Of a stretch of 64,000 nt of DNA, positions 1-9,385 are shown piece after piece. A model generated the notes under the pieces. That model was not told where the DNA came from, ran no database searches, and saw only the letters and a program-made list of their open reading frames with translations. The position numbers were made by a program, and so were the translations under genes. Positions within the stretch are counted from its first letter, which is position 1; each line of letters starts with the position of its first letter. Source of the stretch: an uncultured virus (IMG/VR IMGVR_UViG_3300023110_001306) (taxonomy: Duplodnaviria > Heunggongvirae > Uroviricota > Caudoviricetes); the IMG/VR virus record IMGVR_UViG_3300023110_001306, positions 1-64,000 of that record. The stretch is one strand, 5' to 3'.

Positions 1-996
1 TTCAACTTCAGCCCAAGCCATCTCGTGTGCATTGACTTGTTTGTTCCACCATTTTTCCATTTTGCCTAATATTTTATCAGCAAATCCAGATAGTTTATCA
101 GTAATACCTTCGTCCATTACTTCTTCTGCAGGTTTTTTAAAGTAGTCTTTCAAATTACCAGCCGTCCTTTCAAACTTATGATCTTTGTGTTTAAATCCAA
201 CACCACCTTTTGATTCCCAATTTCTAATGTTACTACCAAAGTCATCAATTAATATGTTTGGTGTTCCATCTGCTTGTTTAGCAAACTTCCATTTGTCTGC
301 TGTAATAATAACTTCTTTAGGCGGAAAGAAACTTAAATTATCTTTAACCCATTCTCTTTTGTGTGGCTCTGCTTTAGGATCATTTGCTAGAGGAGCACTT
401 AGTATTTTATATTCGCCTTTAAGATCCTTAATAATATTTAGTAATCCTTTGGCGTTAGGTGTTAAAGGCAAAGACAACCAAAAGTCTTCTTTGTCTCTAA
501 TTTTTTGTAGTGCATCTTCAATATCTTTAATTTCTCTCCAATCAGCACCAACAAGTTTTTTCCAAGCAGGAAAGAAATCTGCAAGGACACCGTCCATGTC
601 TACAAAAATTTCTGTAGCACTAGACAGTTCTTTACCCATACGTTCGTCTACGTTTTTATACTTTTGTTTGCGGGGAATAATTTTTGACTTGTCTTTATGC
701 GATCCAGCGGCACCACTTTTGCGTAATGCTTCCATATCTTTCCAATTTGGATCTCTTGCTTTAATTGGTTTCTTTATATCTTTTTTACTCTCTGCCATTC
801 CTAAATTAAACAATGTGTTTGGATCGCTATTCTTATGTGCTTTCTTGTGCATAGTATATAACGGTTTGCCTTGTTTGTCAACCGAATTTCCAAATTTCTT
901 TGCTTGTTTAGGGATTTCATTAGGGCCTACATCAACAGTAGTATTAACTCCTGGTACAATTAATCCGCCGTTTTCTTTTAATTCTCTAAATCTCAT
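1..996 (-). CDS. Modular protein with a 5'(3')-deoxyribonucleotidase (NT5C-like HAD) domain; runs off the window edge
   Basis: Translated by hand (absent from the ORF track). ATG at 996 gives MRFRELKENGG..., with HAD motif IFVDMDGVLADF and later ILIDDFGSNIRNWESKGGVG. Frame is open to position 1. Confidence 0.8.
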   Translation of the reverse strand, partial: MRFRELKENGGLIVPGVNTTVDVGPNEIPKQAKKFGNSVDKQGKPLYTMHKKAHKNSDPNTLFNLGMAESKKDIKKPIKARDPNWKDMEALRKSGAAGSHKDKSKIIPRKQKYKNVDERMGKELSSATEIFVDMDGVLADFFPAWKKLVGADWREIKDIEDALQKIRDKEDFWLSLPLTPNAKGLLNIIKDLKGEYKILSAPLANDPKAEPHKREWVKDNLSFFPPKEVIITADKWKFAKQADGTPNILIDDFGSNIRNWESKGGVGFKHKDHKFERTAGNLKDYFKKPAEEVMDEGITDKLSGFADKILGKMEKWWNKQVNAHEMAWAEVE

Positions 997-1211
997 TTCT
1001 TACGGCCTCTGAATTGTGGCATACCTGTCATAAATGGTTTTGAAAACCAAAGTTTAAACCATTCTGGATCACCAGGCTTAACACCCATGTCACGTTCTTT
1101 TTGTTTAATAGCAGTAGCAGTTAAACTAGGATTCTCATCTATTTTGTATTCTGTGTATCCTTTAAATTCACCAATACCTGCTAGTTTTTGTAATTGCTTT
1201 ATATCGTCCAT
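993..1211 (-). CDS. Small hypothetical protein, probable internal head protein
   Basis: 72 aa, coupled to both neighbours; N-terminal DIKQLQKLAGIGE motif. Confidence 0.65.
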   Translation of the reverse strand: MDDIKQLQKLAGIGEFKGYTEYKIDENPSLTATAIKQKERDMGVKPGDPEWFKLWFSKPFMTGMPQFRGRKK

Positions 1212-1414
1212 TACTTCTTACCGCCCTTCATATTAGCACACCAGTGATACATTTTACCTTTCTCACCACTGTACTTTTTAGCCTTAGCACGTAATGAACT
1301 AACACTTCCTTTACAACTTGCGCCAGCCTTCTTTACACGACCAGGACGACTTTTGCCTTTCTTTTTACCATCAGCAAAGTTTTCGTATACGGATTCTATC
1401 TCAGCAAATCTCAT
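1211..1414 (-). CDS. Small basic protein, probable internal head or DNA-binding protein
   Basis: 67 aa; MRFAEIESVYE leader followed by a Lys/Gly-rich body; coupled stop/start. Confidence 0.65.
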   Translation of the reverse strand: MRFAEIESVYENFADGKKKGKSRPGRVKKAGASCKGSVSSLRAKAKKYSGEKGKMYHWCANMKGGKK

Positions 1415-2184
1415 TTGCCACTCCGTGCCATACTAATAAACCATTCTGCTAGGTCTTCGTCTTTTTTATTAAACTTGTGTGTGAATGCGTCTTTGTCGCC
1501 TTTAGCCGCCGCGGCTCTTCTTGCTTTTAATTTATCCTGTACACTTGGCTCTTCCGGAGCACGTTTCTTTTTAATAGTTGTACGCGGAACATTGCGAGTA
1601 GTAAACCCTAGTATTTCGTTTTTAATGCCCATGCCTTGTTTAACTGCATCAAACATTTCTTTTGCTAGATTTTCGTCTCCAGCAACACCTTGTTTAAATG
1701 TATCAAAGTCATCTTGTGCGGCCGCCGCCTTTAATTTACTAGCACTCATTCCTTCTGCACCTTCTGCATCAGGATCACGTTCACCAGCATTCACAACTTC
1801 GATTACATCAAATGTATAATCATCACCGCCATTATATTTTTTAAGTAATTGATCAAAACTATCAACTCTGTCACTACCAGCAACATAAATTACTTTTGTA
1901 TAACCTAGTGTGTATAGTTTTTTCATAGCATCGATAATAGTTCTAACATCGGGCGAACCAATAGTTATATCTGTACCGAAACTTTTTTGTGCAAAGTAAA
2001 CTTTTTCTTTGTGTGATAAAGGATCTGTTTTAGGTTTTACAGTATGTGATAAAAAAAGAAAGTGGTCACCTGGAATAGAAGTTATTTTATCAACTAATTT
2101 CTTATGCCCAATGGTAGGCGGATTCATTCTGCCAAAAGCAAAAACAGCAATCTTTTGGTTTTCCGTAAGGTGACGAAGTAACAT
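1411..2184 (-). CDS. Cytidyltransferase-like (HIGH superfamily) nucleotidyltransferase with a basic C-terminal extension
   Basis: FGRMNPPTIGH, VAGSDR, AGERDPDAEG and MSASK motifs typical of T4-like phage cytidyltransferases. Confidence 0.8.
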   Translation of the reverse strand: MLLRHLTENQKIAVFAFGRMNPPTIGHKKLVDKITSIPGDHFLFLSHTVKPKTDPLSHKEKVYFAQKSFGTDITIGSPDVRTIIDAMKKLYTLGYTKVIYVAGSDRVDSFDQLLKKYNGGDDYTFDVIEVVNAGERDPDAEGAEGMSASKLKAAAAQDDFDTFKQGVAGDENLAKEMFDAVKQGMGIKNEILGFTTRNVPRTTIKKKRAPEEPSVQDKLKARRAAAAKGDKDAFTHKFNKKDEDLAEWFISMARSGK

Positions 2185-2519
2185 TAATACTCCCCGTTTC
2201 TCAATAACTCCTCTTCTTCTCCGAAGATTAATTCTGCAAGAGACATTTTTTCTTCTTTGGATAAAAGTTCTTCAGGACGTTTAGGAATATCATATTTTGA
2301 ACAGTAATGTTTTACACCTGTTTCGATCATTTTTTCTAAATCAATTGGACCAATTGAATTACCATTCTTAATTTTATTTTGACAATCACACATTGTTGGA
2401 TAGTAAGACTTCCTATAAAAGATAGGATCGTTCTTCATATGTGTTTGAAGGTCTTGAACTACACTATAAGGTAATTCTGTTTTTTCAGGTTTGCTATCAA
2501 AATCTACTGCTTTTACCAT
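2184..2519 (-). CDS. Hypothetical protein
   Basis: 111 aa ORF coupled to its neighbours. Confidence 0.6.
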   Translation of the reverse strand: MVKAVDFDSKPEKTELPYSVVQDLQTHMKNDPIFYRKSYYPTMCDCQNKIKNGNSIGPIDLEKMIETGVKHYCSKYDIPKRPEELLSKEEKMSLAELIFGEEEELLRNGEY

Positions 2520-3274
2520 TTTCTACAACTCCAGTATCTTGCTTTTGTTCTTGGCCCTGGATTATCACAATTATGTCTAGCACGGAATGAACGTCTACGT
2601 GCTGGATTAGATTTTTTAATCTTCATATTAGGATCGCCAAAGTTAACTTTCTTTACGTTACCTGTTTTAGGATCCTTTACGTATACTTTAAACTTTTTAA
2701 CATCGCCACGCATAGGCTTGCCTAGTTTAACTTTACGTCCTTGGTATTCTGCTTCGTCAACAATGTCATCTTCGTTAAACCACAAATCACCGTATGCTTC
2801 ATAGAAGTCATCACCATCATATGTTTCTTCAAAAACGTTAGATAGTGTTTTTAATCTTGCTAATTCGTCTGACTCATTTTCATCTTCAGGTACAGCCTCT
2901 GCCATTTCTTGACAATCAGTACATCTTCCTACACCGTCATAAACATCTGCAATAGCCGCTCCGCAACAGTTGCTTACCATGTCTGGTTCGTTCTCATCGC
3001 CTGGAGAATAAGATTCTTTTTTAGCCCAGTCGCCTGAAGAAAATGCAAGTCCTAAATCGGCTATAAACTTATCAATAGCGTCTTTATCAAGTGGGTTACT
3101 ATCTGGAAGGATTGTTGTAAATTCTTGTCCAAAAGCACTAGGTTCTGTTTTCCAACCTAGTTGTTGAGCCGCTGTTGGTATTTTAGTATTATTGCCTTTA
3201 ACAACTACCTTGGAATAGTTTCCTTCGCCTAAGGCTACTTCAGCAAGATAATCTTTAAATGTTTTATTAGTCAT
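2513..3274 (-). CDS. Modular probable internal head protein: CTS-like leader, Cys module and C-terminal basic module
   Basis: MTNKTFKDYLAE leader; CC..C..C module; C-terminal KVNFGDPNM...RRSFRARHNC...ARYWSCRKW module common in marine viruses. Confidence 0.7.
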   Translation of the reverse strand: MTNKTFKDYLAEVALGEGNYSKVVVKGNNTKIPTAAQQLGWKTEPSAFGQEFTTILPDSNPLDKDAIDKFIADLGLAFSSGDWAKKESYSPGDENEPDMVSNCCGAAIADVYDGVGRCTDCQEMAEAVPEDENESDELARLKTLSNVFEETYDGDDFYEAYGDLWFNEDDIVDEAEYQGRKVKLGKPMRGDVKKFKVYVKDPKTGNVKKVNFGDPNMKIKKSNPARRRSFRARHNCDNPGPRTKARYWSCRKW

Positions 3275-3322
3275 ATGATAGCACCTTCATAATACGTATT
3301 ATAAAGTATTTATCAATAATTG

Positions 3323-3595
3323 TTAGATGCTGATTTCGATATCGAAGTTGCTGTAGCCTAGATCAAACAGTTTGTTTGCTACTCTTTCTGCTACAACATT
3401 AGATTCTGACTCTGATAGTGCTTTATGTAGTCCTACAGTAAGCACAATACCGTCATTTACAGTATTATATGACTCATACATAGTTTCGTCTTCTAGTAAT
3501 CCTTCGTCAGCACATTCAAGAATAGCATCAACGAGATACTCGTCTACTTCTGCTACTTGCTTTTTATTCCATACAATGCTAATAAAATTTTCCAT
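3323..3595 (-). CDS. Hypothetical acidic protein
   Basis: Likely start MENFISIVW at 3595 with AGGA upstream. Confidence 0.6.
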   Translation of the reverse strand: MENFISIVWNKKQVAEVDEYLVDAILECADEGLLEDETMYESYNTVNDGIVLTVGLHKALSESESNVVAERVANKLFDLGYSNFDIEISI

Positions 3596-3603
3596 GTTAC
3601 TTC

Positions 3604-3954
3604 CTAATGATTTAGTAAGACGCTGTTTATTGTACCGTCTGTCCAATTTTCAATTACTGCTCTAACCCACACAAAATTACCAGTAAAATTCTTAAAATCT
3701 ACACCATCTTGTGAGTATGTTGTAGTAATATCAGTACCAGTAATGTCAAACCAATCACCTGCAACTGGATTGGTAGCAAGTGTGCCTTGCAATTTAACAG
3801 TTCCTAAGAACCCTGTGTAGTTAAATTGTGCTGTGTGAAAGCCGTCTGATCTACCGTAGTAGCCATCACCCTGATATTTGTCACCCGTATGAGTCTGTAC
3901 AGAACTGTCTCCTACGTGTGTTTGTGCTGATAATATTGTAGTACTTGTGGACAT
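3604..3954 (-). CDS. Small beta-rich probable virion protein
   Basis: 116 aa; GTVKLQGTL...WFDI...NFTGNFVWVRA; late-promoter motif just upstream. Confidence 0.6.
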   Translation of the reverse strand: MSTSTTILSAQTHVGDSSVQTHTGDKYQGDGYYGRSDGFHTAQFNYTGFLGTVKLQGTLATNPVAGDWFDITGTDITTTYSQDGVDFKNFTGNFVWVRAVIENWTDGTINSVLLNH

Positions 3955-3958
3955 AGTA

Positions 3959-4615
3959 TTATTTATCTGTTTTTTCTATTGTTAGGACTTTGTCTGTACG
4001 TAGCACATTCTTGTTTAAAAATAGGCTAATCATAGTAAATGTTTGCTCATCTTTAACAAAAATATAACGTCCTTTTAGATTATATCCCTTTTCAATATCT
4101 TCTAATACTGCATGACCAACACGTACTTTATCTGGATTCTTTTTACAATAATTTGCTAGGTTAGGGTCAGCAGTACCGTTAAGTGTAATCTTTAGTTGGT
4201 AAGTATCGTCCTCGCTAATAATAGTGTTAGCATCAAGATCTATACCTTCGGGCGGTTCAAATAGTGTGCTATTTGGATTCTTTAATTTGCTATCTAAAAG
4301 TAACAACCAATCTTTGTTATTAGAATAAACTCCTAAATACGAACCTTCGCAACGTAATGAGTATTCTTGATCAGCAAACGTAAAGTGATTAAGAAGTACT
4401 TTTAGATCTTCAACTTGTGAATCAGTTAAAGGCCTTTCGTGCATTCGTGTTTTTAAAAAATACGAGTTACCTTGTTTACTATTAATAATATTATCAATAG
4501 CAGACCTAGCATATTCTAATTTTTTATTACGAAAGATATGAGCAATAGGACAGATTACACCTAATTTGAACTTATACTTATCGTAGAATAGTTTATTTGT
4601 TGTTTTATACTTCAT
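3959..4615 (-). CDS. Hypothetical protein
   Basis: 218 aa ORF overlapping the clpA stop. Confidence 0.6.
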   Translation of the reverse strand: MKYKTTNKLFYDKYKFKLGVICPIAHIFRNKKLEYARSAIDNIINSKQGNSYFLKTRMHERPLTDSQVEDLKVLLNHFTFADQEYSLRCEGSYLGVYSNNKDWLLLLDSKLKNPNSTLFEPPEGIDLDANTIISEDDTYQLKITLNGTADPNLANYCKKNPDKVRVGHAVLEDIEKGYNLKGRYIFVKDEQTFTMISLFLNKNVLRTDKVLTIEKTDK

Positions 4616-6851
4616 TGGTTACGACTTCTTTGCTTTTGATATTTAACAAGAATTCTCCATCTTTAATATCAATATTTAAGTCGCCACCGTTTTTAAGTTC
4701 ACCAAACAACAATTTTTTAGATAGTGGTGTTTTAATCTGATCGTCAATAACACGTTGTAACGGTCTTGCACCCATCTTAGCATCGAACCCTTTGTCTACC
4801 AATAAGTCTATTGCTTCGTCTGTAATAGTTGTATTAACATTTTTCTCTTTTAACATATTTTTAAGATCAAGCAAGAACTTGCCAACAATCTTAAGCATAG
4901 TATTTTTATCTAGTTTACCAAACAACATAATTCCGTCAAGTCTGTTACGGAACTCTGGAGGGAAAAACTTCTTAAGTTCTTTGTCTTCATATTCTTTTTC
5001 AAGAGTATCACCAAACCCAATTGAATTTTGTTCTGCTTCTTGTGAACCTAAGTTAGTTGTTAAAATAAGAACAACATTTCTACAGTCTGCTTGTTTACCA
5101 TTAGATCCTGTAACAAATCCGTTGTCCATAATTTGTAATAGCAACGAACTTACATCAGGATGTGCCTTTTCAATCTCATCTAATAGTAATACAGCATTAG
5201 GATTTTCTTGTAACTTAGTAATTAATAGTCCTGCGTTTTCTTCAAATCCCACATAACCTGGAGGTGAACCAATTAGTTTAGCAACTGAATGCTTTTCTTG
5301 ATATTCTGACATATCAAAACGTATAAGTTTAACACCCAAGTTGTCTGCTAGTTGTTTTGCAGTTTCTGTTTTACCTACACCAGTTGGTCCCATAAACACA
5401 AACGAACCAATAGGTTTATTTTCTGTCTTAAGTCCTGCTTGGGCAACATGAATTTTATCAACAATGCTTTCTAACGATGCATCTTGACCAAATACAACTG
5501 CTTTGAGGTTCTTTTCTAAGTTTGCAAGATTGCTTGTTTCTGTTTCAGCAATTTGCTCTTTAGGTAGGTCGACTGCTTTTGCAAGTTCAAATTGAATTTC
5601 TGCAACGTCAACAATTTTTTCTTCTGCTTTTTTCAATTTAAATCTTGAACAAGCACAATCAAGTAAGTCAATTGCTTTATCTGGAAGTTTCTTATCACTT
5701 TGATATTTTACACTTAATTTAATAGCAGAGTCAACTGCTTCTTCTGTAATAACAACACCGTGAAATTCTTCGTAGTATTTCTTAATACCTAGCAAAATAC
5801 TCTTAGCAATTTCTTTACTTGGTTCGTCTACGGTTACTCTTGCAAATCTACGCATTAATGCACGATCTTTTTCAAAGTACTTGCGATATTCTTCCCAAGT
5901 AGTTGATGCTACAACTTTAATATTTCCTTTTGTAAGAACAGGCTTTAACATATTAGCAAGATCGTTTGAACTTTGGCTTCCGCCAGCACCAGCACCACTA
6001 ATCATATGTGCTTCATCGATAAACACAATAGTTTTGCCACGCTTCTTTAACCCAGCAATAACTAATTTAAAACGTTCTTCAAAGTCGCCTCGATATTTAC
6101 TACCAGCCAACATACTACCAATGTCTAAATTATATACCGAATACTCTTTTAAGAATTCTGGTACAGCACCGTTTACAATATTCCATGCAAGTCCTTCTGC
6201 AATAGCAGTTTTACCTACACCTGGATCACCTACAAGTAACACATTGTTTTTACTACGGCGACCTAGTGCAAGTGCAATACTTTCTAGTTCTTCGTGTCTG
6301 CCAATTACAGGATCAATTTTACCTGTTTCGGCATCTTTGTTTAAGTTAGTTGTGTATGAACGCAATGCTCTTGCCGCCATACCTGCCATTTCCTCATCTT
6401 CAAATGACTGTTCAATTTCGTTATTCAAGTAATCTGCAAACTTCTCTTTTTCAATATCTGATTGTGCAATATAATAATGTGCCCAAGATTTCTTTTCACT
6501 AAACATACTTAAAAATACATCTTGTATTTCAATAGTACTTCTTCCGCTAAACAATACTTGTGTAAATGCTCTGTTAAGAACACGCTCTACTGCTTGTGTC
6601 TTTTTAGGCTTGTATTTTTTATCAACGGCTTCTCTAATAATATCTTCACATTTAGTTTTTAAATGATGTTCAACATTCTTTTTGAGATACTCAGGATCTG
6701 TTCCAAACCCGTTTACAATATTAACAAAACCGTCATCGCATAACATAGCAAACAACAAGTGCTCCAATGTTACATAGTCATGATTAAGTTTCTTAGCATC
6801 GTTAACTGCTTTGTCAAAAACTCCTTGTAAACTTTCGCTAGGTTCTACCAC
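4605..6851 (-). CDS. clpA: ATP-dependent Clp protease ATP-binding subunit ClpA
   Basis: Clp-N domain; two AAA+ modules (GDPGVGKT/FIDEAH and GPTGVGKT/LLDEIEKAH); KLIGSPPGYVG; MGARPLQR; IGF loop. Confidence 0.93.
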   Translation of the reverse strand: MVEPSESLQGVFDKAVNDAKKLNHDYVTLEHLLFAMLCDDGFVNIVNGFGTDPEYLKKNVEHHLKTKCEDIIREAVDKKYKPKKTQAVERVLNRAFTQVLFSGRSTIEIQDVFLSMFSEKKSWAHYYIAQSDIEKEKFADYLNNEIEQSFEDEEMAGMAARALRSYTTNLNKDAETGKIDPVIGRHEELESIALALGRRSKNNVLLVGDPGVGKTAIAEGLAWNIVNGAVPEFLKEYSVYNLDIGSMLAGSKYRGDFEERFKLVIAGLKKRGKTIVFIDEAHMISGAGAGGSQSSNDLANMLKPVLTKGNIKVVASTTWEEYRKYFEKDRALMRRFARVTVDEPSKEIAKSILLGIKKYYEEFHGVVITEEAVDSAIKLSVKYQSDKKLPDKAIDLLDCACSRFKLKKAEEKIVDVAEIQFELAKAVDLPKEQIAETETSNLANLEKNLKAVVFGQDASLESIVDKIHVAQAGLKTENKPIGSFVFMGPTGVGKTETAKQLADNLGVKLIRFDMSEYQEKHSVAKLIGSPPGYVGFEENAGLLITKLQENPNAVLLLDEIEKAHPDVSSLLLQIMDNGFVTGSNGKQADCRNVVLILTTNLGSQEAEQNSIGFGDTLEKEYEDKELKKFFPPEFRNRLDGIMLFGKLDKNTMLKIVGKFLLDLKNMLKEKNVNTTITDEAIDLLVDKGFDAKMGARPLQRVIDDQIKTPLSKKLLFGELKNGGDLNIDIKDGEFLLNIKSKEVVTNEV

Positions 6852-7372
6852 TATACATTACTCCTACTAAATTTCTTTATTAATTTTTGTTGTTTCTTCT
6901 TAGCCAAATCAAGTTTTAGTTTGCTTACTCTGTCAATATAATTAATTCCATATAGATGATCATATTCATGACCAAAGATTCTTGCATTCCAACCTGTTAA
7001 TTCTATTGTACACTCTTTTCCGCTAGAGTCAAGACACTCTGTTACCAAACCAAATGGTCGTTTTACTTTTAGATATAGTAAAGGAAAACTTAAACAGCCT
7101 TCTTCACCTTCAATCATCTCTTCGGACACGGCTGTAATTTTAGGATTAATAATTGCAAAAGGTTTTTCATCTTCGTAACCTTTTAATCCTGTTGGTTTAA
7201 TAATAAAGATTTGTCCGTTAAACTCGACCTGATTAGCCGCCAAACCTACACCCTGATGCTTTTCCATAATTTCAATCATATCTTTTTCAATTTGTTTAGC
7301 ATCTTGTGTTTCGAAGTCAAAAGGATCAACCCTTTTCTCTAAGAAATCATTAGGATAAGTTATCAGTTTCAT
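6851..7372 (-). CDS. def: Peptide deformylase
   Basis: GVGLAANQV, EGCLS and HEYDHL motifs. Confidence 0.95.
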   Translation of the reverse strand: MKLITYPNDFLEKRVDPFDFETQDAKQIEKDMIEIMEKHQGVGLAANQVEFNGQIFIIKPTGLKGYEDEKPFAIINPKITAVSEEMIEGEEGCLSFPLLYLKVKRPFGLVTECLDSSGKECTIELTGWNARIFGHEYDHLYGINYIDRVSKLKLDLAKKKQQKLIKKFSRSNV

Positions 7373-8201
7373 TCTTAATCTTTCTCAATTGTTCAATAAT
7401 GTCAGTATCTTGTATCTTAGGAGTATCACCATAAATCTTAACAAATAGGTTACCAGTTTGCCCAGTACGTCTATCCGGAAGACCCTGTCCGTGCATACTA
7501 AAAGTTGTTCCACTATTAGTTCCAGGAGGTATTTTTAAACTTACTTCTTTGCCTTGGATAGTACGTATGTGTATACTAGAACCAATCATAAGATCAAAAA
7601 CATTTACTCTCTCGTCTACATATAAATTTATGCCATCTACGGTATAACGTGGGTGCCTTCTGACTCTTACAATTACAAATAAATCACCTCTAGGAGCATT
7701 AGGAATTTGGTCGCCGCCCATTCCGGAATATCGTATTTTATCTCCTGGTCTTACGCCTGACGGTAATGTAACATTTACACTTTGTTCTTTACCACTAGGT
7801 AGTCTATACGTAATTAAAAAGTCTTTACCAAACACAATATCTTCAATATCAATATCTGCGGCCAATGTAATATCTTGGTTACGCATTTGTCTTTGTCCAA
7901 ATGGTGAACGATGTCCAAAAAATGAACCAAAAATATCTTCCATATCACTAGCATTGAAATGAAAACTCGAACCACCATGCCCTCTTGCGTGTGCCTGTTG
8001 AGGATCAGCAGTTCCGTATTGATCATACATACGTTTCTTTTCAGGATTACTTAGTGTTTGGTATGCTTCGTTTAACTGTGTAAACAATTTATGATCACCA
8101 CCCTTATCGGGGTGCTGAGTCGCCGCCTTTTTTCTAAAGGCAGTTTTAATTTCTTTTTCGGATGCGTTTCGTGAGACGCCTAATAATTCATAATAATCCA
8201 T
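7350..8201 (-). CDS. dnaJ: DnaJ/CbpA-type co-chaperone lacking the Zn finger
   Basis: DYYELLGV...HPDKGGD J-domain, G/F region and DnaJ_C domain (GDLFV). Confidence 0.92.
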   Translation of the reverse strand: MDYYELLGVSRNASEKEIKTAFRKKAATQHPDKGGDHKLFTQLNEAYQTLSNPEKKRMYDQYGTADPQQAHARGHGGSSFHFNASDMEDIFGSFFGHRSPFGQRQMRNQDITLAADIDIEDIVFGKDFLITYRLPSGKEQSVNVTLPSGVRPGDKIRYSGMGGDQIPNAPRGDLFVIVRVRRHPRYTVDGINLYVDERVNVFDLMIGSSIHIRTIQGKEVSLKIPPGTNSGTTFSMHGQGLPDRRTGQTGNLFVKIYGDTPKIQDTDIIEQLRKIKNETDNLS

Positions 8202-8207
8202 AGTACT

Positions 8208-8236
8208 ATTATATACTTAGTTTAGGCGAAAGTCAA
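8208..8236 (-). promoter_or_regulatory. Sigma70-like promoter of dnaJ-def-clpA
   Basis: TTGACT-17 nt-TATAAT, 6 nt before the ATG. Confidence 0.75.
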
Positions 8237-8239
8237 CGG

Positions 8240-8563
8240 CTACTTGTCTGACTTTTTACTCGAACCTGTATAAAGACCGAACCAAGCCGCACCAGCACCA
8301 ACTACAATACTAACCAACCCTGATTGTTCCATAGTAGGATTTGGAAGTGCCATATACCAAACTACAACTTTGTATAATAAAATAATATATGTTGAAATAA
8401 AGAATCTTGGGAAAATTCTCCAACTATCAACGGCACGTGCCATATGAATCCATTTTGCGTATGGATTAACTCCTAAGTCTTTTGCTGAAGCATCAACTTC
8501 TAACTCAAGATTAACTTTCTTTTTATGTTCTGTACTTTGAACTTTTACTTCTGTATCAGCCAT
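8240..8563 (-). CDS. Two-TM membrane protein, holin candidate
   Basis: DSWRIFPR motif followed by two hydrophobic helices and a basic tail; lies in the lysis region. Confidence 0.6.
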   Translation of the reverse strand: MADTEVKVQSTEHKKKVNLELEVDASAKDLGVNPYAKWIHMARAVDSWRIFPRFFISTYIILLYKVVVWYMALPNPTMEQSGLVSIVVGAGAAWFGLYTGSSKKSDK

Positions 8564-8844
8564 TATTTTTTACCCTCTAATTTTCTGATTCGAGATTCTA
8601 ACTCGTCAATCTTCTTAGTAACATGGGGATATTTTGTACGCCAAGCATTAGGATCGTTTTGTAACCAAGTCCAGCCCCAACGATTAACTAGATATTCAAG
8701 AGTGGCATCAAATTTACCTACCGCCCATATTGCCATTTTTGTGTCTTTAAACCAGAACAAAAATGCGGCACCAAATAAAGATCCTGCTAAGGCTGTGTAA
8801 ATCCACAGTCTATCGGATGCCATTCTTTCTATCATTTCCCACAT
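8563..8844 (-). CDS. Single-TM membrane protein, lysis-associated candidate
   Basis: N-terminal hydrophobic helix and C-terminal coiled coil. Confidence 0.6.
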   Translation of the reverse strand: MWEMIERMASDRLWIYTALAGSLFGAAFLFWFKDTKMAIWAVGKFDATLEYLVNRWGWTWLQNDPNAWRTKYPHVTKKIDELESRIRKLEGKK

Positions 8845-8877
8845 ATAAATCCCTCGTTTTGTTTATATGTGTATTTA

Positions 8878-9042
8878 TTAGAAATTACAGCGAATTTCGC
8901 CTTTGGGTATTACTTTTTCTTGGATGGTTTCGCCCTTGCTAATGTTTATATCAGCGCCAGGGTGTGCGGTACAATTAGATCTAGCAGAACAACTACTGAC
9001 TATCAGTGCCGTCAGTAGCAGTATCGCCTTCGTAATAGTCAC
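8878..9042 (-). CDS. Small lipoprotein, 54 aa (not in the ORF track)
   Basis: GTG start; MTITKAILLLTALIVSS-C signal II/lipobox; fills the gap after the o-spanin. Confidence 0.55.
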   Translation of the reverse strand: MTITKAILLLTALIVSSCSARSNCTAHPGADINISKGETIQEKVIPKGEIRCNF

Positions 9043-9385
9043 GATATTTCTCTATAATCAATTGTTGCTGTATCATGTACGCACGAATTTGTGCAAAGTT
9101 TTTAGCAAGTGTTTCGTAGTCGTCATCGCTTAAACCAAACAGCACAGGATCTTTACCTTGCTCTTTCATTTTAGCAAACACTTCTTCTGCATTGTTGCTG
9201 TGTATGATAATGAACTTTAGTTCTTCCATTTTTGGAGTCGCAGGATTCTCTAGATTCAGAGGTGCTCTTTTAACCTCAGTCTTGAAAATATCTAACTTGG
9301 ATACCGTACTACAACTAGTAAGGAACGTAGTTAGGATTAGCAAGGCTAGGACATTCTGAATTGATTTCAGACTTCTTAGTTGCAT
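8993..9385 (-). CDS. o-spanin (Rz1-like lipoprotein)
   Basis: Lipobox FLTS-C; Pro-containing N-region; overlaps the 3' end of the i-spanin. Confidence 0.7.
   Translation of the reverse strand: MQLRSLKSIQNVLALLILTTFLTSCSTVSKLDIFKTEVKRAPLNLENPATPKMEELKFIIIHSNNAEEVFAKMKEQGKDPVLFGLSDDDYETLAKNFAQIRAYMIQQQLIIEKYRDYYEGDTATDGTDSQ

Noticed and set aside
185..1012. 275-aa plus-strand ORF
   Set aside because: Antisense shadow of the real minus-strand gene (996 to the window edge), which has HAD motifs; its Leu/Ser/Phe-rich composition is typical of shadows.
4792..6432. Plus-strand ORFs within clpA, and similar antisense ORFs throughout the track
   Set aside because: Codon-register shadows of recognisable minus-strand genes, with no SD or motifs.
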